Shown here piece after piece: positions 51,254-63,937 of a DNA stretch of 64,000 nt. The translations under genes and the position numbers were made by a program. The DNA comes from Proteromonas lacertae. Its lineage: Eukaryota. The notes beneath the pieces are model-generated. The model was given only the letters and a program-made list of their open reading frames with translations. It did not search any database and was not told the origin of the DNA. Within the stretch, counting starts at the first letter, position 1. Each line of letters begins with the position of its first letter. The stretch is taken from contig NGBS01000595.1 in the NCBI GenBank assembly GCA_002245135.1, forward strand, positions 1 through 64,000. Reading direction: 5' to 3'.

Positions 51254-51793
51254 TTAAAAAATAATGCAATTAGGTCTTATAATGCTTTTATCTGTTATTG
51301 ATTTTGGGCTTAAACTAGGAACTGAATTAACAGGAGACAAGTCTTCTAAACCACTTAAACTGTTTACATTCGATTTTGTGACCGGTTTTACGTAATTTAC
51401 CTCTTCTTTTACCTTAATTTCATCATCTTTTATGTCAATTATCTCTTGTGGAGGTAAAAAATCCTCTTCTTCCTTCTTATGCAATGCTAAAATCTGTTCT
51501 AACATCATTCTTGTCTTCTTTTGACCTGCAATTCTGTGTTCTTTGTGTTTACTTAAGGCTTGAGCGAAGCTTGAAGCGGTTAGTTTGTACTCATCTTCGA
51601 TGTATTTCAATATATATCTTATCTCTGAGTATGTAAGTCTTGATTTTGATCCTGAAATTAAATGATATAATTTCGATTTTGTGGGAGCTCTGATTTTACC
51701 GTCTTTTCTGAAGCTTCTGATGATTACTTGTTTGTCTAATTCTGTTAATTTGAATGGAACTGTTCTATGTTTAGTTTTTTTATTATCTTCCAT
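51254..51793 (-). CDS. Uncharacterised basic protein within Polinton-like remnant
   Basis: Intronless 179-aa ORF divergent from the capsid genes. Confidence 0.45.
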   Translation of the reverse strand: MEDNKKTKHRTVPFKLTELDKQVIIRSFRKDGKIRAPTKSKLYHLISGSKSRLTYSEIRYILKYIEDEYKLTASSFAQALSKHKEHRIAGQKKTRMMLEQILALHKKEEEDFLPPQEIIDIKDDEIKVKEEVNYVKPVTKSNVNSLSGLEDLSPVNSVPSLSPKSITDKSIIRPNCIIF

Positions 51794-51854
51794 AAAATAA
51801 AAATAGTGTCAATATTACTAATATTACCAATATTGACATTATTATTTTTTCAAA

Positions 51855-52350
51855 ATGTTAGTCTCTAATCACCGTGTATACTATTTAAATTCTGATATGG
51901 TAATGACTACAGGGACATTTGGAGTAGGGAATAGATACAAAAAGACCTTATCTTTACCATCATTTGATCAAGATTATACTCATGTGTCGTTATTACACGC
52001 AGTTGTACCCATTTCTTTCCCTACTATACAAGCAGAGACAAACTATACATTTCAGTTCTTATTTACATGTGATTATGATAAAGAAGATGGCGCAGCGCCA
52101 GAAAAACCCACAGTATGTGTATCAGTACAAATTCCTGAAGGTTTTTATGATGAGAATCAGATTTTTAAGTTAATCAATGATGGAATACGTTCAATAAAAT
52201 ATTAAGATTTCGAAATATCAGAACAATGACATTCTTAATACTAGCAAAATGTTCATTAATACTTATACTAATGGTCAAATTACTATTAAGATTACTCAAC
52301 AAAATAGTTATGAACTCAATCTTGATAATATCGAGTTTAATTTAGATATT
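51855..52350 (+). pseudogene. Polinton/PLV-type minor capsid (penton) protein, degraded
   Basis: YYLNS...VSLLHAVVPISFPTI..N......VQIPEGFY..QI...IN pattern; stops from 52203. Confidence 0.6.
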
Positions 52351-52399
52351 GTTGTATTTAAAGTCTAATTTTTATTTTATTTATTATTTTGTGTTTCTG

Positions 52400-53470
52400 A
52401 TGTCTCTAACTATCCCAAAAGAGCAAAAACACAGTGTAGACGTTCCAGCAATGATGGTCTTTTACCAGTATGTCAAGTTGACACCAATGGAAACAAAATC
52501 ATTCTATCAACTTAAAGATAACGCTTATTCAGATGAAATAAGGTTCGAATTAAGTGGTGAGAACATTATAAACCTTGCAAAGTCTTGTTGTTCCCCGTTG
52601 AGCGATTAGAGACTTTAGAAACAAACTAAATGCATATTCTTACTTATTTTGATGAAAAATTGTTACTTTTGTGCTTGCTTTGTCATATAACCGATGTCTG
52701 CAAGATACTTTTTTGATAATTTTAGTATTGTATATATGAAACGCATTTATATTTATTTTTCGTTTTAGTGTTTCATTCACTACTACAGACTAAAATACAT
52801 TAACTGAGATGATTAGAATACTTAGATTGTGATTTGAAGACGCTTAAAAACCAAACAATGAAAATATATACAAGCCTCACTCAAGCCAACTTTTTACATT
52901 TCTTTTTAGACAGTAATATATTATCGTTCAATAATTCTAATCGCCTCAGTTAATGTATTTTAGTCTGTAGTAGTGAATGAAACACTAAAACGAAAAATAA
53001 ATATAAATGCGTTTCATATATACAATACTAAAATTATCAAAAAAGTATCTTGCAGACATAGGTTATATGACAAAGCAAGCACAAAAGTAACAATTTTTCA
53101 TCAAAATAAGTAAGAATATGCATTTAGTTTGTTTCTAAAGTCTCTAATCGCTCAACGGGGAGTTGTACTCAACGGGGAACAACAAGTCTTACATTCAATA
53201 TGATATCGATATTGAAGCAGCTCCACTTTCTAAAACTGGAGCATTTCAAAAAATTGGTGCTGATGATAAGGTAGATGGTGATACTACTTTATATCCAAAG
53301 TATATAAAAGGAATGAAAGAAGGATTTGGATTAGCAGCATTTCGTTTATGTAATAATACAGGAACAGATCTAGTTAAGCTTGATGACAATTATGAACGCT
53401 ATAGAGTGTTTTTGGATGAATTAGTGAGAAAAAGATCAGACATTTTTTATCAATCAAACTATTATGATTT
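52400..53470 (+). pseudogene. Putative double-jelly-roll major capsid protein, N-terminal part, split by a MITE
   Basis: MITE removal restores EIRFELSGENIINLAKSYIQYDIDI in frame; follows the minor capsid-like gene. Confidence 0.55.
52586..53184. mobile_element. Foldback MITE family A, TSD AGTCT
   Basis: Same ends as other family A copies; left arm lacks one 17-bp subterminal repeat. Confidence 0.93.
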
Positions 53471-55258
53471 CAGTTTTCCGAAGAATGTTTCTTCGCTGAT
53501 GATTTCAGGGTACCTGGAACTTAAGTGAATGCATTAACTGCTGAGGATATGTTTTTTAAACGCTCCTTTGGCTCCAGGTATTACTTCAGAAGGATCTATT
53601 GGTACTTGTATAACTTCTGTATCCCAGTATAATACTACAGGAATCATTTGTTGGTATTTGAAATTATGAAACTTGATGAAGGTATCTGGAGGTGGAAATT
53701 GACGAATAATTCCTTTTTGTAATTGGCAATTCTCTTTCTGATGTTGAATTATCATATCAGCTGTTGATAAAGTACAGAAACAATACTGGCATCTGGTATA
53801 ATAATTATGACACCTTTTACCAGAAGGTGATAGGAAGGCTTCTAACTTTGTTATTACCATATAATGATCTTTATATATCAATAGGTTCACATGAGGCCAG
53901 TGTTTTCTTTTATCTATGTTGGTAACGTATAAAGGTATTGGTTCATTCTGGTCTATTGTAAATATATTGATAGTAATATGATTCAGCTGTTCAAACTCAT
54001 CAATTCTGTCACTATCATTAATTGCATCTACTGGAAACCTTAAACTACTTACATCCATTAAGTCTACATACTGTTTATATTTCATTGCTCTGTTACGGTG
54101 GTCTTTGAACTCTATATAGTGTAAACCAGCTGCCACACTAAATAAAAAGCACATATTCTTACATTCTTCACTATATCTTACTCACTTTCTATTGTTGAGG
54201 CTTGCTGGTAACTTTATGTTGTCATCTTCTGTAGAGGATCCAGCAGCCATTGAACTTTTCATCAGTATCATCTCTACCTTCTTAATATATCTGAACTTTA
54301 ATTCAGATCTTTCAGTGTTGAAAATTGAACCTAAATCTCGAATCATGGCATTGTTTAACTTTGAACCAATTGTACCTAACTCTTGAGAAGTTATAATTTC
54401 TGGCGCTGTTTCGAATGTTTTGTAACAACTTACTTGTGCATTGGCTGGTTCATCGGATCCTATATAACCTACTCTGAATCTGAAATAAACTTTTATATAA
54501 GAAAATTTCTTCTCATTTATGTAGTTACGTATGGTAACCATAAAATCACTTGATGCATTGCAGATTTGGGTAAACAAATCCTCAGGTTTCTTTCCATCTT
54601 CTTCATTTATAATCTTCTCGTAGGTACGTTCGTAGTCTCTACTACTTCTCTCTACAAGTTGTAACAAACTTACTCTTTCAGGATGTGACATTGTATTCAA
54701 CTGCTCTGGATAATTATCAACAACATTCAAAGCAATCATTTCTTCCTGTAGCTGCCTTCTTCTTTCAACATCTGTAGTTGATTGAGGATGTATTTCAGGA
54801 ATTGGTCCATCATTAATTGGTGAAAGTGTTGGTGGATCTTCAGGAGGAGGAGGTGTATCTGGTAATAAATCATCTGGGATTTCTGATAATCGTTGTATTT
54901 TTGGAGGTGGAGGAGGTGGTTGATCAATTACAATTGAAGATGTTGTTCTTCTTCTTGGTGTTATGAAACTAGTTTCATTAGTACTTCTAGTAGTGTTTGA
55001 TTGTTGTTGTTGTTGCTGCTGCTGCTGCTGAGGTTGTTGTGGATGTTGATTTAATGATCCTACATAATATGGTGGAGGATAGTAATAGGATGGTGGTGGT
55101 GGGATAGCTGGAGTAAAATAAGGGTTCATCCAGGGATTAAAATAACTTTGTGGCAACATTGGAATCTGATTTGCTTGACTATTGCCTTGAATAGGCATAG
55201 AAGTACTTGGAGACTGGTAATACCACGGATTAAACCAAGGAGGATAGCTGGGATACAT
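53470..55258 (-). pseudogene. Polinton/adintovirus-type pPolB N-terminal half (terminal protein, OTU-like region, Zn finger, ExoI)
   Basis: GSS..IKLP..L, CFLFSV.A.L, FP...I..FE..N.I.INIF, LLI..HY, CQYC..H..C, FHN...PVVLYWDTE; in-frame stops at 54182 and 53534. Confidence 0.85.
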
Positions 55259-55448
55259 TAGAACCTATAAAACGAGAAAGATATAAATATACCCAATAAA
55301 ATAACTCCAAATGTATTAATATGATTTGCTAATTGAAATTCATTGATAATCAAGGAGTTGTAATAATATAGTTAAAATTTTTTCTTTGATTATCAAAGAA
55401 ATAATTAACTTTACTTTTAATTAATTGTTTTTTTGATTATTTTGAGCT

Positions 55449-55900
55449 ATGAAGGAATTAGTAAGCTGGAGAAAAGCATTAGATGAATTAAAATCAGATA
55501 TCAACAAATATGATAAATTCACCAGTTTATTAGAGGGTACCTTTGCTGAGGATATTGCTAAAATCGATACAGTTTATATCAATCATATTTGCAAGACATT
55601 AGTGAAAGATTTTCAAATATTGAAAAAGAGCACAAGCGAATAAAGAACTACAGTGACAAATCATTTATATTGGCAAGGCGTAATTTTATTTTAAACCAAT
55701 TGTTGTGGATAGAAAATAGATCAGACAATTACATAAAGATGCTTGAACTCCATATAAAGTGGAACATGAAACAGAAGTTACAACACCTTATTAGTGAGAT
55801 CCACTTATCTAGTATAATTTTAAAACAACAGAAAGCAAATGAAGAAAGGGAATTCTATAAAATGAAGAAATGGCACCACCACCATATTCACACTAATTGA
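55449..55900 (+). pseudogene. Frameshifted helical ORF, probably part of the viral remnant
   Basis: Two overlapping ORFs divergent from pPolB. Confidence 0.3.
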
Positions 55901-55974
55901 TTGATTGATTATATAATAATTGATTGATTTGTTTTTATTAAAAAAGGGTTTTTTAAAAAATAACATAATAAATC

Positions 55975-56161
55975 CATAACCGATTCTTCTTACCCTTTCT
56001 TTTTTTTCACTTCCTTACTTAGGGAAAGTGAAGTCGATCACTTTTCTCTAGGTAAATAAGTGAAAAAAAGAAAGGGAAAGGAAAATCGATTATGAAATCC
56101 GCATTTCAAAAACTAAATGAGCAAAAGAAAAGGGAAAGTGAAAACAAGGGAAAGTGAAAAC
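55975..56161. repeat. Imperfect 120-bp palindrome plus GGGAAAGTGAA repeats
   Basis: CCCTTTCTTTTTTTTCACTT / AAGTGAAAAAAAGAAAGGG arms; GGGAAAGTGAA three times. Confidence 0.7.
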
Positions 56162-56717
56162 GAGTCTTAGGTGGTGTATATGACCTTCCTAAGCTTTATA
56201 TCAGTCTCTATAACATAATTGAAGAAAAATGAAACGAATATATGTATTTTAGCCTCGGGTCTAGCGTCAAGCCATTTTGGTAAATCGTATGTGTAAATCA
56301 TATGTGAATAGTATGGTGCTGTTCTATTTTACATTTCTTCTTATTTAAGAAAATACACACAAAACTCTTTTTGGAAAGTTGTTGATAATATTAATTTTAA
56401 TTCCTTCATAATTACTTAGATTTGGAAGAGATATATATGATGATAAGCTTTTAACATCTGTTTTTTATTATACCATTTTAATTAGAATTGATAATAAGAA
56501 CTAAATGAAAGGATGATTATCATGAATTTTAAAAACATTTCGATAGAAGCATCACATAAATTATTCTATTTCCTCATTTTTTTGATACTTATAAATCCTC
56601 TAATGAGGAATGATCCTCCTAAAAGAGGATTTATAATATATTATAATTAGCTAATAAATATTATTTTTCTAAATTCAATTTATCCGTTTCATTTAAAAAA
56701 GAAACACTATTTGTCAA

Positions 56718-57769
56718 ATGTCTATATCATTCGATTCTGGAATTAACTGGCAGAAATATTACAGAAGAAATAATAAAAACACCAAAAATAAGCATATATT
56801 ATGCTTTCCTGATCATCTCAATTCTCAACATCGTGTATATGGTTAGGTAATTTATTTAGAATACAGGATTTTGTGGCCAAAAGGTAGTAATATATTTATC
56901 TGGGATAGAGAATGAAGATTTAAGAATATATGGTCATTTTAGTGAATATGATAATGAAAATGAGTTAGAAAAAGGTCAGTTTGTGCCATTCAATTTTTTT
57001 GAAGAAAAAAATGCTCCATTTTATTTAGGTAAAGAAATCGTATTTTAATTAGAAAATTATAGTTTTATAGTGTAAAAGAAAGATGTATATAATTAATGAT
57101 AGATTAAAAGCATGGATATATAATGAGCAATTATCGTTAGAATCATCCAAACCTCAATATTGTTTCATAGTGTATGGGGTAATTGATACATATTTTGCAA
57201 ATCAATACAGATGCATATGTAAAGTAAAATCTCCTCCATTTTCAATTATCTCATCAAGATCTTTGTATTGTCAAAGAAATTTACACACAAAATTGAATAT
57301 AGCATATACTCCAAATAGTTCAATTGTCTTAACACCACTTTTAACCAAATATTTTCCTTTTATAAAGCAGAAAGCTGAAGAATTATTTGACAGAATCAAA
57401 AGCAATTCTTTACCTCGCTATTTATCTAAACTTCCAAAGTTTAATAACAATAATATTAATATAGCAGTTAAATACAATCCTAAAATGTATCAAATTAAGA
57501 CATATAAAGATTGTAACATCTATAATGAATTGATTGATTTTTTAAGCAGCCTTTCTGAAGAATATTACAGACAATATGACGATTTCTTCCTAGTTGTAAG
57601 ATCCGTTGATAAAATTAATGTGTCTTCAGATAGAGAAGAAATTTCATTTTTGGGGGATAGTATACCTTCTTTTTTAAATAGATACAACAATGATTTGTTT
57701 TACCTTGATAAATATGGAAACAAGTGTAAATTTAAACAGTGTGATTTTATAAAAGTAATTAATTTATAG
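56718..57769 (+). CDS. Uncharacterised spliced protein, copy 1 of tandem pair
   Basis: Shared with copy 2: LCFPDH, TGFCGQ, SPPF..SSR, LDxYGNKC. Confidence 0.55.
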
Positions 57770-57833
57770 TAATAATAAATATATATAAAATTATTCTTTC
57801 TTTTGTTTTTTATAAAGAAAATATATTCGTTTC

Positions 57834-58967
57834 ATGTTTTAAAAACACTACTAAAATAAGCTTCGTCAGCTTATCTTTTGATCCAATCATTAATTGGAAG
57901 AGCTCCTATAAAAGAAATAATTAAACTACGGAAAATAAACATGTTTTATGCTTTCCAGACCATGTAAATTTCAAACATAGAGTATAATTCATTAATATCA
58001 TATTTAGAGTACAGGATTTTGTGGACAAAGTATTAGAATAAAAGTATATAATAATTGCAACGATACATTATTTGTTTGTGGTCATTTTTGTAATTATGAA
58101 AGTGTAAATGAAATTGATGTAGATAATAATGCCTATAACTTATTTTGATAAGAATGACAGAATGGAAGCACCATTTTATTTCGGTAAACCAAGTGTATTT
58201 TCTTTATCTATTTTAAATCATATAATAGGATAGTCGAAATGAGTTCATATTAAATGGCGAATGTAAAGCATGGACGTTTAATTTAAAATGGTCAATCTCA
58301 ATATTGTTTTAATGCTTTTGGAATGATTTATGATTCAAATATAAATTGTTATAAATGTGTATGTAGAATAAGTTCACCTCCATTTGCTCTTACTTCATCT
58401 CGAAATCAGCAAAGAAAGAATAAAGAAAAAGAAAATAAATCTTCAATGAAACTTGTGACTATACCTCCACCATTATCCTTAAAAATCACATCAAATAGTT
58501 CAATTATCCTATCTCCCTTACTAGCCAAATACTTTCCATTTATAAAAAGAGGAATTGAAGATTTAATTAATTAATTTGACCAAAGAATACCAAAATATTT
58601 ATCCAAACTGCCAAATTATAAATCTGATGATAATATAGTAATAAAATATGAAGAAGATAATAGAGAAATAAAAAAAGTAATTCCATTTAGAAGTTGTATA
58701 GAAGGTATATTAGAATTTCTAAACTCAAAACCAGAAGAAACATACAGAGAATATGATTTAATGAAGTTTTGTAGTTGTGCAAATGATAAACAAGAATGTA
58801 ATAACTATAACATAATAAATGTGAGTATGAGGTATGTTAGTGATGTGAAAGTATCTAATGAAAGAGAATGTAATAATATGTATTTTCTAGACAGATATGG
58901 TAATAAGTGCAAAATGCCTACTATTTGTATATTTCAAGAATTACAACAAAGTCAAATAATTAATTAA
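57834..58967 (+). pseudogene. Tandem paralogue of 56718-57769 with stops/frameshifts
   Basis: Same motifs, broken frames. Confidence 0.5.
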
Positions 58968-59170
58968 CTGTAATGTAACTACATTAGATAGATTATAGCA
59001 TATATGAAAGTGTTATGGAATAATATCCTTCACATCGCAGAATATTAAAAAATAATAATATGAGAAATTTCTGATTTTAATTCCAAAAGAATATTCGTTA
59101 CAAGTAGTAACTGATAATTCGTTATTTTTTATTTTTATTCTTTTTTATCGTTTTACACACTCAAATAAAT

Positions 59171-59414
59171 ATGGACGCTGTATCTAAAGCTCAAAAAGAA
59201 GTAGAGAAGTTGAATGAAGAGAAGAAATTGTTAATGGACGCTGTTACTTCAAAAGAAGCATCTGATAAGTATTTATAGAAATGATTTAATTTATATTTAT
59301 ACTAGGGTAATACAAGAAGTTCAAGCTATACCAGAACCATTTTGCAACGAATGTGATGGAGGTAATCCTTGGTTACAGGAACAAGGTGGTGGTGGCGGTT
59401 GTATTGTAGTATAG
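59171..59414 (+). CDS. Heterotrimeric G-protein gamma subunit (68 aa; intron 59269-59305)
   Basis: MDAVSKAQKEVEKLNEE...SKEASDKVI...PEPF...NPW...GGCIVV*: coiled coil, NPW, CaaX box. Confidence 0.85.
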
Positions 59415-59569
59415 AGAAGCGCATTATTAGGTAATATTAGTTTATTATTTAAAATACATATTGTGGTGTTGGATATACGACTTGTTCTCATAAAATTAAT
59501 TAATAAATATAACTAAGTTATGTGCAAATAATATTTAATTATATAAATTATTTAAAAATAACAATAAAA

Positions 59570-59698
59570 GGAGATATAGATATATCAGAGATAAAATCAT
59601 CTTTAGAAATATTCTCAACAATTGATATAGTAAAGTTGGATGGGATAGAAGAAGAAGAAAAGAAAGTATTAACAAAAGAATATATGAATGTTAATTAA
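59570..59698 (+). pseudogene. Orphan 3' end of a paralogue of the kinase-LRR gene
   Basis: Similar to 63810-63937 (KLDGIEEEEK..L.KEY.NV). Confidence 0.65.
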
Positions 59699-60583
59699 AT
59701 AGATTAACACTTGATTTACTTTGTAATTCTTATATTTGCTAATAATCATGTAAACAATTATCAAACTATACATATTTTCATATTTTCTGTTAATATTAAA
59801 TACTTTCTATATTGTTTTGATCAAATTATTCAAAATACATTATCAAACCATCATCAAGCCTATATTATTTTCATTTGACTTTAAAATGTCAATGAAAGAG
59901 ATTAGTGAATGAATTTATGAATGTGATGAAGTAATTAAATATACAGATGAAGATGGCATATGTATAAAGTGTGTCTAGTAAAACAATTAGTTGAAAGAGT
60001 GTAAAGAAGAGAAATAAATCATTGTAGAAATTGTTGATTGTTTAGTTAATATAAATAGTTAGATTAATAGAATAGATAAAGAATAAGAATGAACATTTGT
60101 AGATTAGTTAAATTATATATGTATTACAGGAGTTATTGAAGAATATGAGTGAATTAGTAAATGAATTGAATATATAGTCGGAGAGATTTAAATCTTCCAG
60201 AAAGATTCACAAAAAAGTCAATGGAATAATGAAATGAGCGATATAGATTTTATAGGTTGTATATTATTTAAATCCTAAATCAGAATTTTCAGAATTAGTT
60301 CCAACAGCAACTGAAGTAAGTAGGTAATGTAGAAGGAGTTGAATTAGAAATAGATGAAAATACAAATGAAGCTGAAGTATTTAATAATACGATGAAGAAA
60401 ACAAACAAATTTGCTTTAAAAAAGAAACATCCATTAAATATCTAATATTTTCCTTTAACTTACTTGTTAAAGTTGTTTTTCAAGTGTTAATAAACATGAA
60501 TATAATAAACAAATATTGTGTTAGAATGATTTCTGTGTATGTAAATAAAAAATTCCATAAATGAAACGACTCAAAATTTTGAA

Positions 60584-63500
60584 ATGTTGAATTTGATAGA
60601 TGAAGTGTTATATGCTAAATTAGCATGTGATATGAAAGTATTATAATTAATTTATTTTTATTAGGAGAAAGAGAGAATAGAGAGAAGTGGTAATGAGATA
60701 GATTTAGTTGTAGAATATGAAACTGATATTCAAAAGTTGAAAGTGTTTAATGTATGTGAAATGAAAGAGAAACAAATATTAAAATTGTTAGAGAATAAGT
60801 GTTTGTTGTTAGTTTGTTGTTCCTCCTTCATTTGTCGATATAGAGTGTATGATATGAATGATTATGGTGAATATATGATATATTGTAGAGAATATTACAT
60901 TAGAGACTTGAAAGAGATAATTCCTAAAAATTGCTTATGTGTAAATGAAATATGTGATATAATAAGTTCAGTATGTGGTGATGTAATGTTATTGAGTGAA
61001 AATGAGATTGTAGTTGGTAATTTGAAGAGTAGTAATGTGATATATGAAGAGAATGGTATTTTAAAGTTATGTGATTTATGTTTGAATGAAATAAGAAAAG
61101 AAGAAGATATGAGATTGTATGATATATGCTTCACAAGTCTAGAAGAGTTGAATGGATTAGAATGTGATGAAGGAAGTGTAATTTGGTCAATTGGTTGTAT
61201 ATTATATGAAATGATGTTTAAGAAATTACCATTTTCAGAAGATAATAATATTTATAAAACCAAAGAGAATATTGTGAGATGTAAATACAATATAGATGTA
61301 GAATGTGATGAAATGATGAAAGAGATGATATTCAGAATGTTGAAAGTGAAGAATGAAGATAGAATGAGTATAAAAGAGTTGAAGAAAGAAATGATAAAAA
61401 TGAGTGAAATATTGATAGATGAAGGTGATAATATGATGATATGTGAAGAAAGAAAAGATATGTTATATAATAATGATAATACAATTGTTAGACTTCCAAT
61501 AGAATATCCATCAAAATATTATATTGAAAGTGAAAAAAGAGAAGTGATTAGAGATAATTTGATAGAATCCTACAATAGTCAACCAAATGAAAGAATATTG
61601 TCAATATTATTGATGATGAAAATGTACAAAGAAGATAATTCAATTGAAGATAGATTGAAATTTCAAATACATCATAAATGTATATATGGAGAATGTAATT
61701 TAGATGAGATAATATTTAAGATAGAAAGAAATTATTTAGATAAAGAAATGATAAAAATAAAATCAGATTGTATATGTGAATGTGAAGAAGGAATGAGTTA
61801 TTTATTTAGAATATTGAGAATAATCAATCCAACTAAGCTGAAATTTAGTATTTTTCTATATATTGTTATTTGTATAGATTATATTCAGATACCAATTATT
61901 CGTCAATCATTGTTTGTATCATATTTGACTGGATTATCAAATCTACAAACATTATATTTATCAAGTTGTAATCTTACTTCCTATTTCATTGAATCATTTG
62001 TCAAATCAATTTCATTAATGAAATTGAAATATTTAGATCTTTATTGTATTTATAATCATATTGTTATTTTTTGAAATAGCTAATCGAATTGGTGTGAAAG
62101 GATTTAAATTGTTACTTCCATATTTGAATTTATTAGTCAACAAAAACAATGAATTAAATCTTAGAGGAATGAAATTAAATGATGAATGTATGATGTTATT
62201 ATCATCAGAATTATATAAATATTCAAATCTTAAGAACATCAATATTAGAGAAAACCAAAACATTCATTCATCTGGATTAAAAGCCTTATTCTCCAAATTT
62301 CGAAATATATATTGTGATGTTAGTAAAGAATTACTGATTGATAAAGACATTCCTGAATTAGTCAAATATATAAGCCAATACAATGAATTAAATCTAGTTA
62401 ATTCAGAAATAGATGATGATATTTTCAAATCATTCATTTCATTAAGATTAAATGAATTGAAAGAAATAAAGGGATTATATTTGAGTTGTATAATTTGATA
62501 TTTTTATTATTATATAGATAATAAACTAACATATAGAAGTATAGAAATATTGATAAACAATTTATCTTCATTTCCAAATCTTAAACATCTTAGATTATAT
62601 GGAAATGAGATAAGAGATGAAGGAATGAAATTATTATCTCCACATTTACATTTATTAAATAATATTGATGAGATTAATTGTTCAAGTATAAATACTATCT
62701 TTTAATATTCAATAGAAATGGGATTATCTTCAATTGGATTGAAGTATTTAGTTGATGGTTTAAAGAGTATTAATGAAGACAAATACAGAAGAGAAGGTTA
62801 TAGTAATTATTACTATGATGATGATGATGATGGAGATGAAGGATTTTATAATTTTATCTCACTTAATCTAAGTGATAATAATATACATTCATCAGGAATA
62901 GAAATCTTGATGCATTATATGAAAGATGATGATATTATTAAAGAATTGAATATTCAAAGTATATTTATGGTAGTTTTTAATTTGTTTAATAGATAATCCA
63001 ATTGGTAACAGTGGATTTAAGATATTAATAAACAATTTAGACATGTTATTAGAAAAATATTTAAAGAAAATTGATCTAACCATCATCTCAATAGATGATG
63101 AAAGTGTGATATTATTAGCTGATAAGATAGATTCAATTTCTAATTGCAACACAATAAACTTAAATGGAAATAATATTCGAATGAATGGATTAAAATCAAT
63201 TTGTTCCAAAACATTAGAAAAAGAAGAATATCCATTTATAGAAATGAATAATATATCATGGAGAAAAGAAGAATGTGAATATTATTTAGATTACTGTATT
63301 AAAAAGAAAAGAAAAGACAATAAAGACTATGATTTTTCCGGTATATTATCTGTGTTTATAATGAAATAGATTTAAATCTGAATGATTCTCACATTTCATT
63401 AATAAAACAGATTGATTATAAATATCTTGATATATCCAATAACAAGATTAGTTGTAATGGATTGAAAGAATTAACATATTCTTTTCCAGAAAATGTTAAA

Positions 63501-63937
63501 TATATTTCAATAAATAATAATCGAATTGGAGATGAAGGAATAGAGATAATATGTAAATATTTAGATAAATTTATTTATTCTACATTATCATTAAACATCT
63601 CAAGTATTTAAAATTCTGTATTCTATTCTATATAGAAATTGGGATGAGTGAAAAAGGATTGATGATGTTAATAGAAAGATTAAAAGATAATAAACCATTA
63701 AAATATCTATATCTATCAGGAAATGAATTAGATGAAAGAGAATTGAGATTAATAAAAGAAAACGAAGAAGTGTTTAATTGTTTAGAAGATTTGTTTATAA
63801 CAGTAAAAGAAAATATAGATAAATCAGAATTAAAATCATTTTTAGACATATTTACATTCATAAAAGTAATAAAATTAGATGGGATAGAAGAGGAAGAAAA
63901 GGAAGAACTATCAAAAGAATATTTGAATGTTAAATAA
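60584..63937 (+). CDS. Pseudokinase fused to RNI-like leucine-rich repeats, many short introns
   Basis: VGNLKSSNV, KLCDL, IWSIGCILYEM..LPF, then LxxLxLxxNxIxxxG repeats. Confidence 0.78.

Noticed and set aside
12242..54184. Stop-codon reassignment suggested by many in-frame TGA/TAA
   Set aside because: TAA, TAG and TGA all end intact genes here; internal stops are confined to decayed genes and replace varied residues
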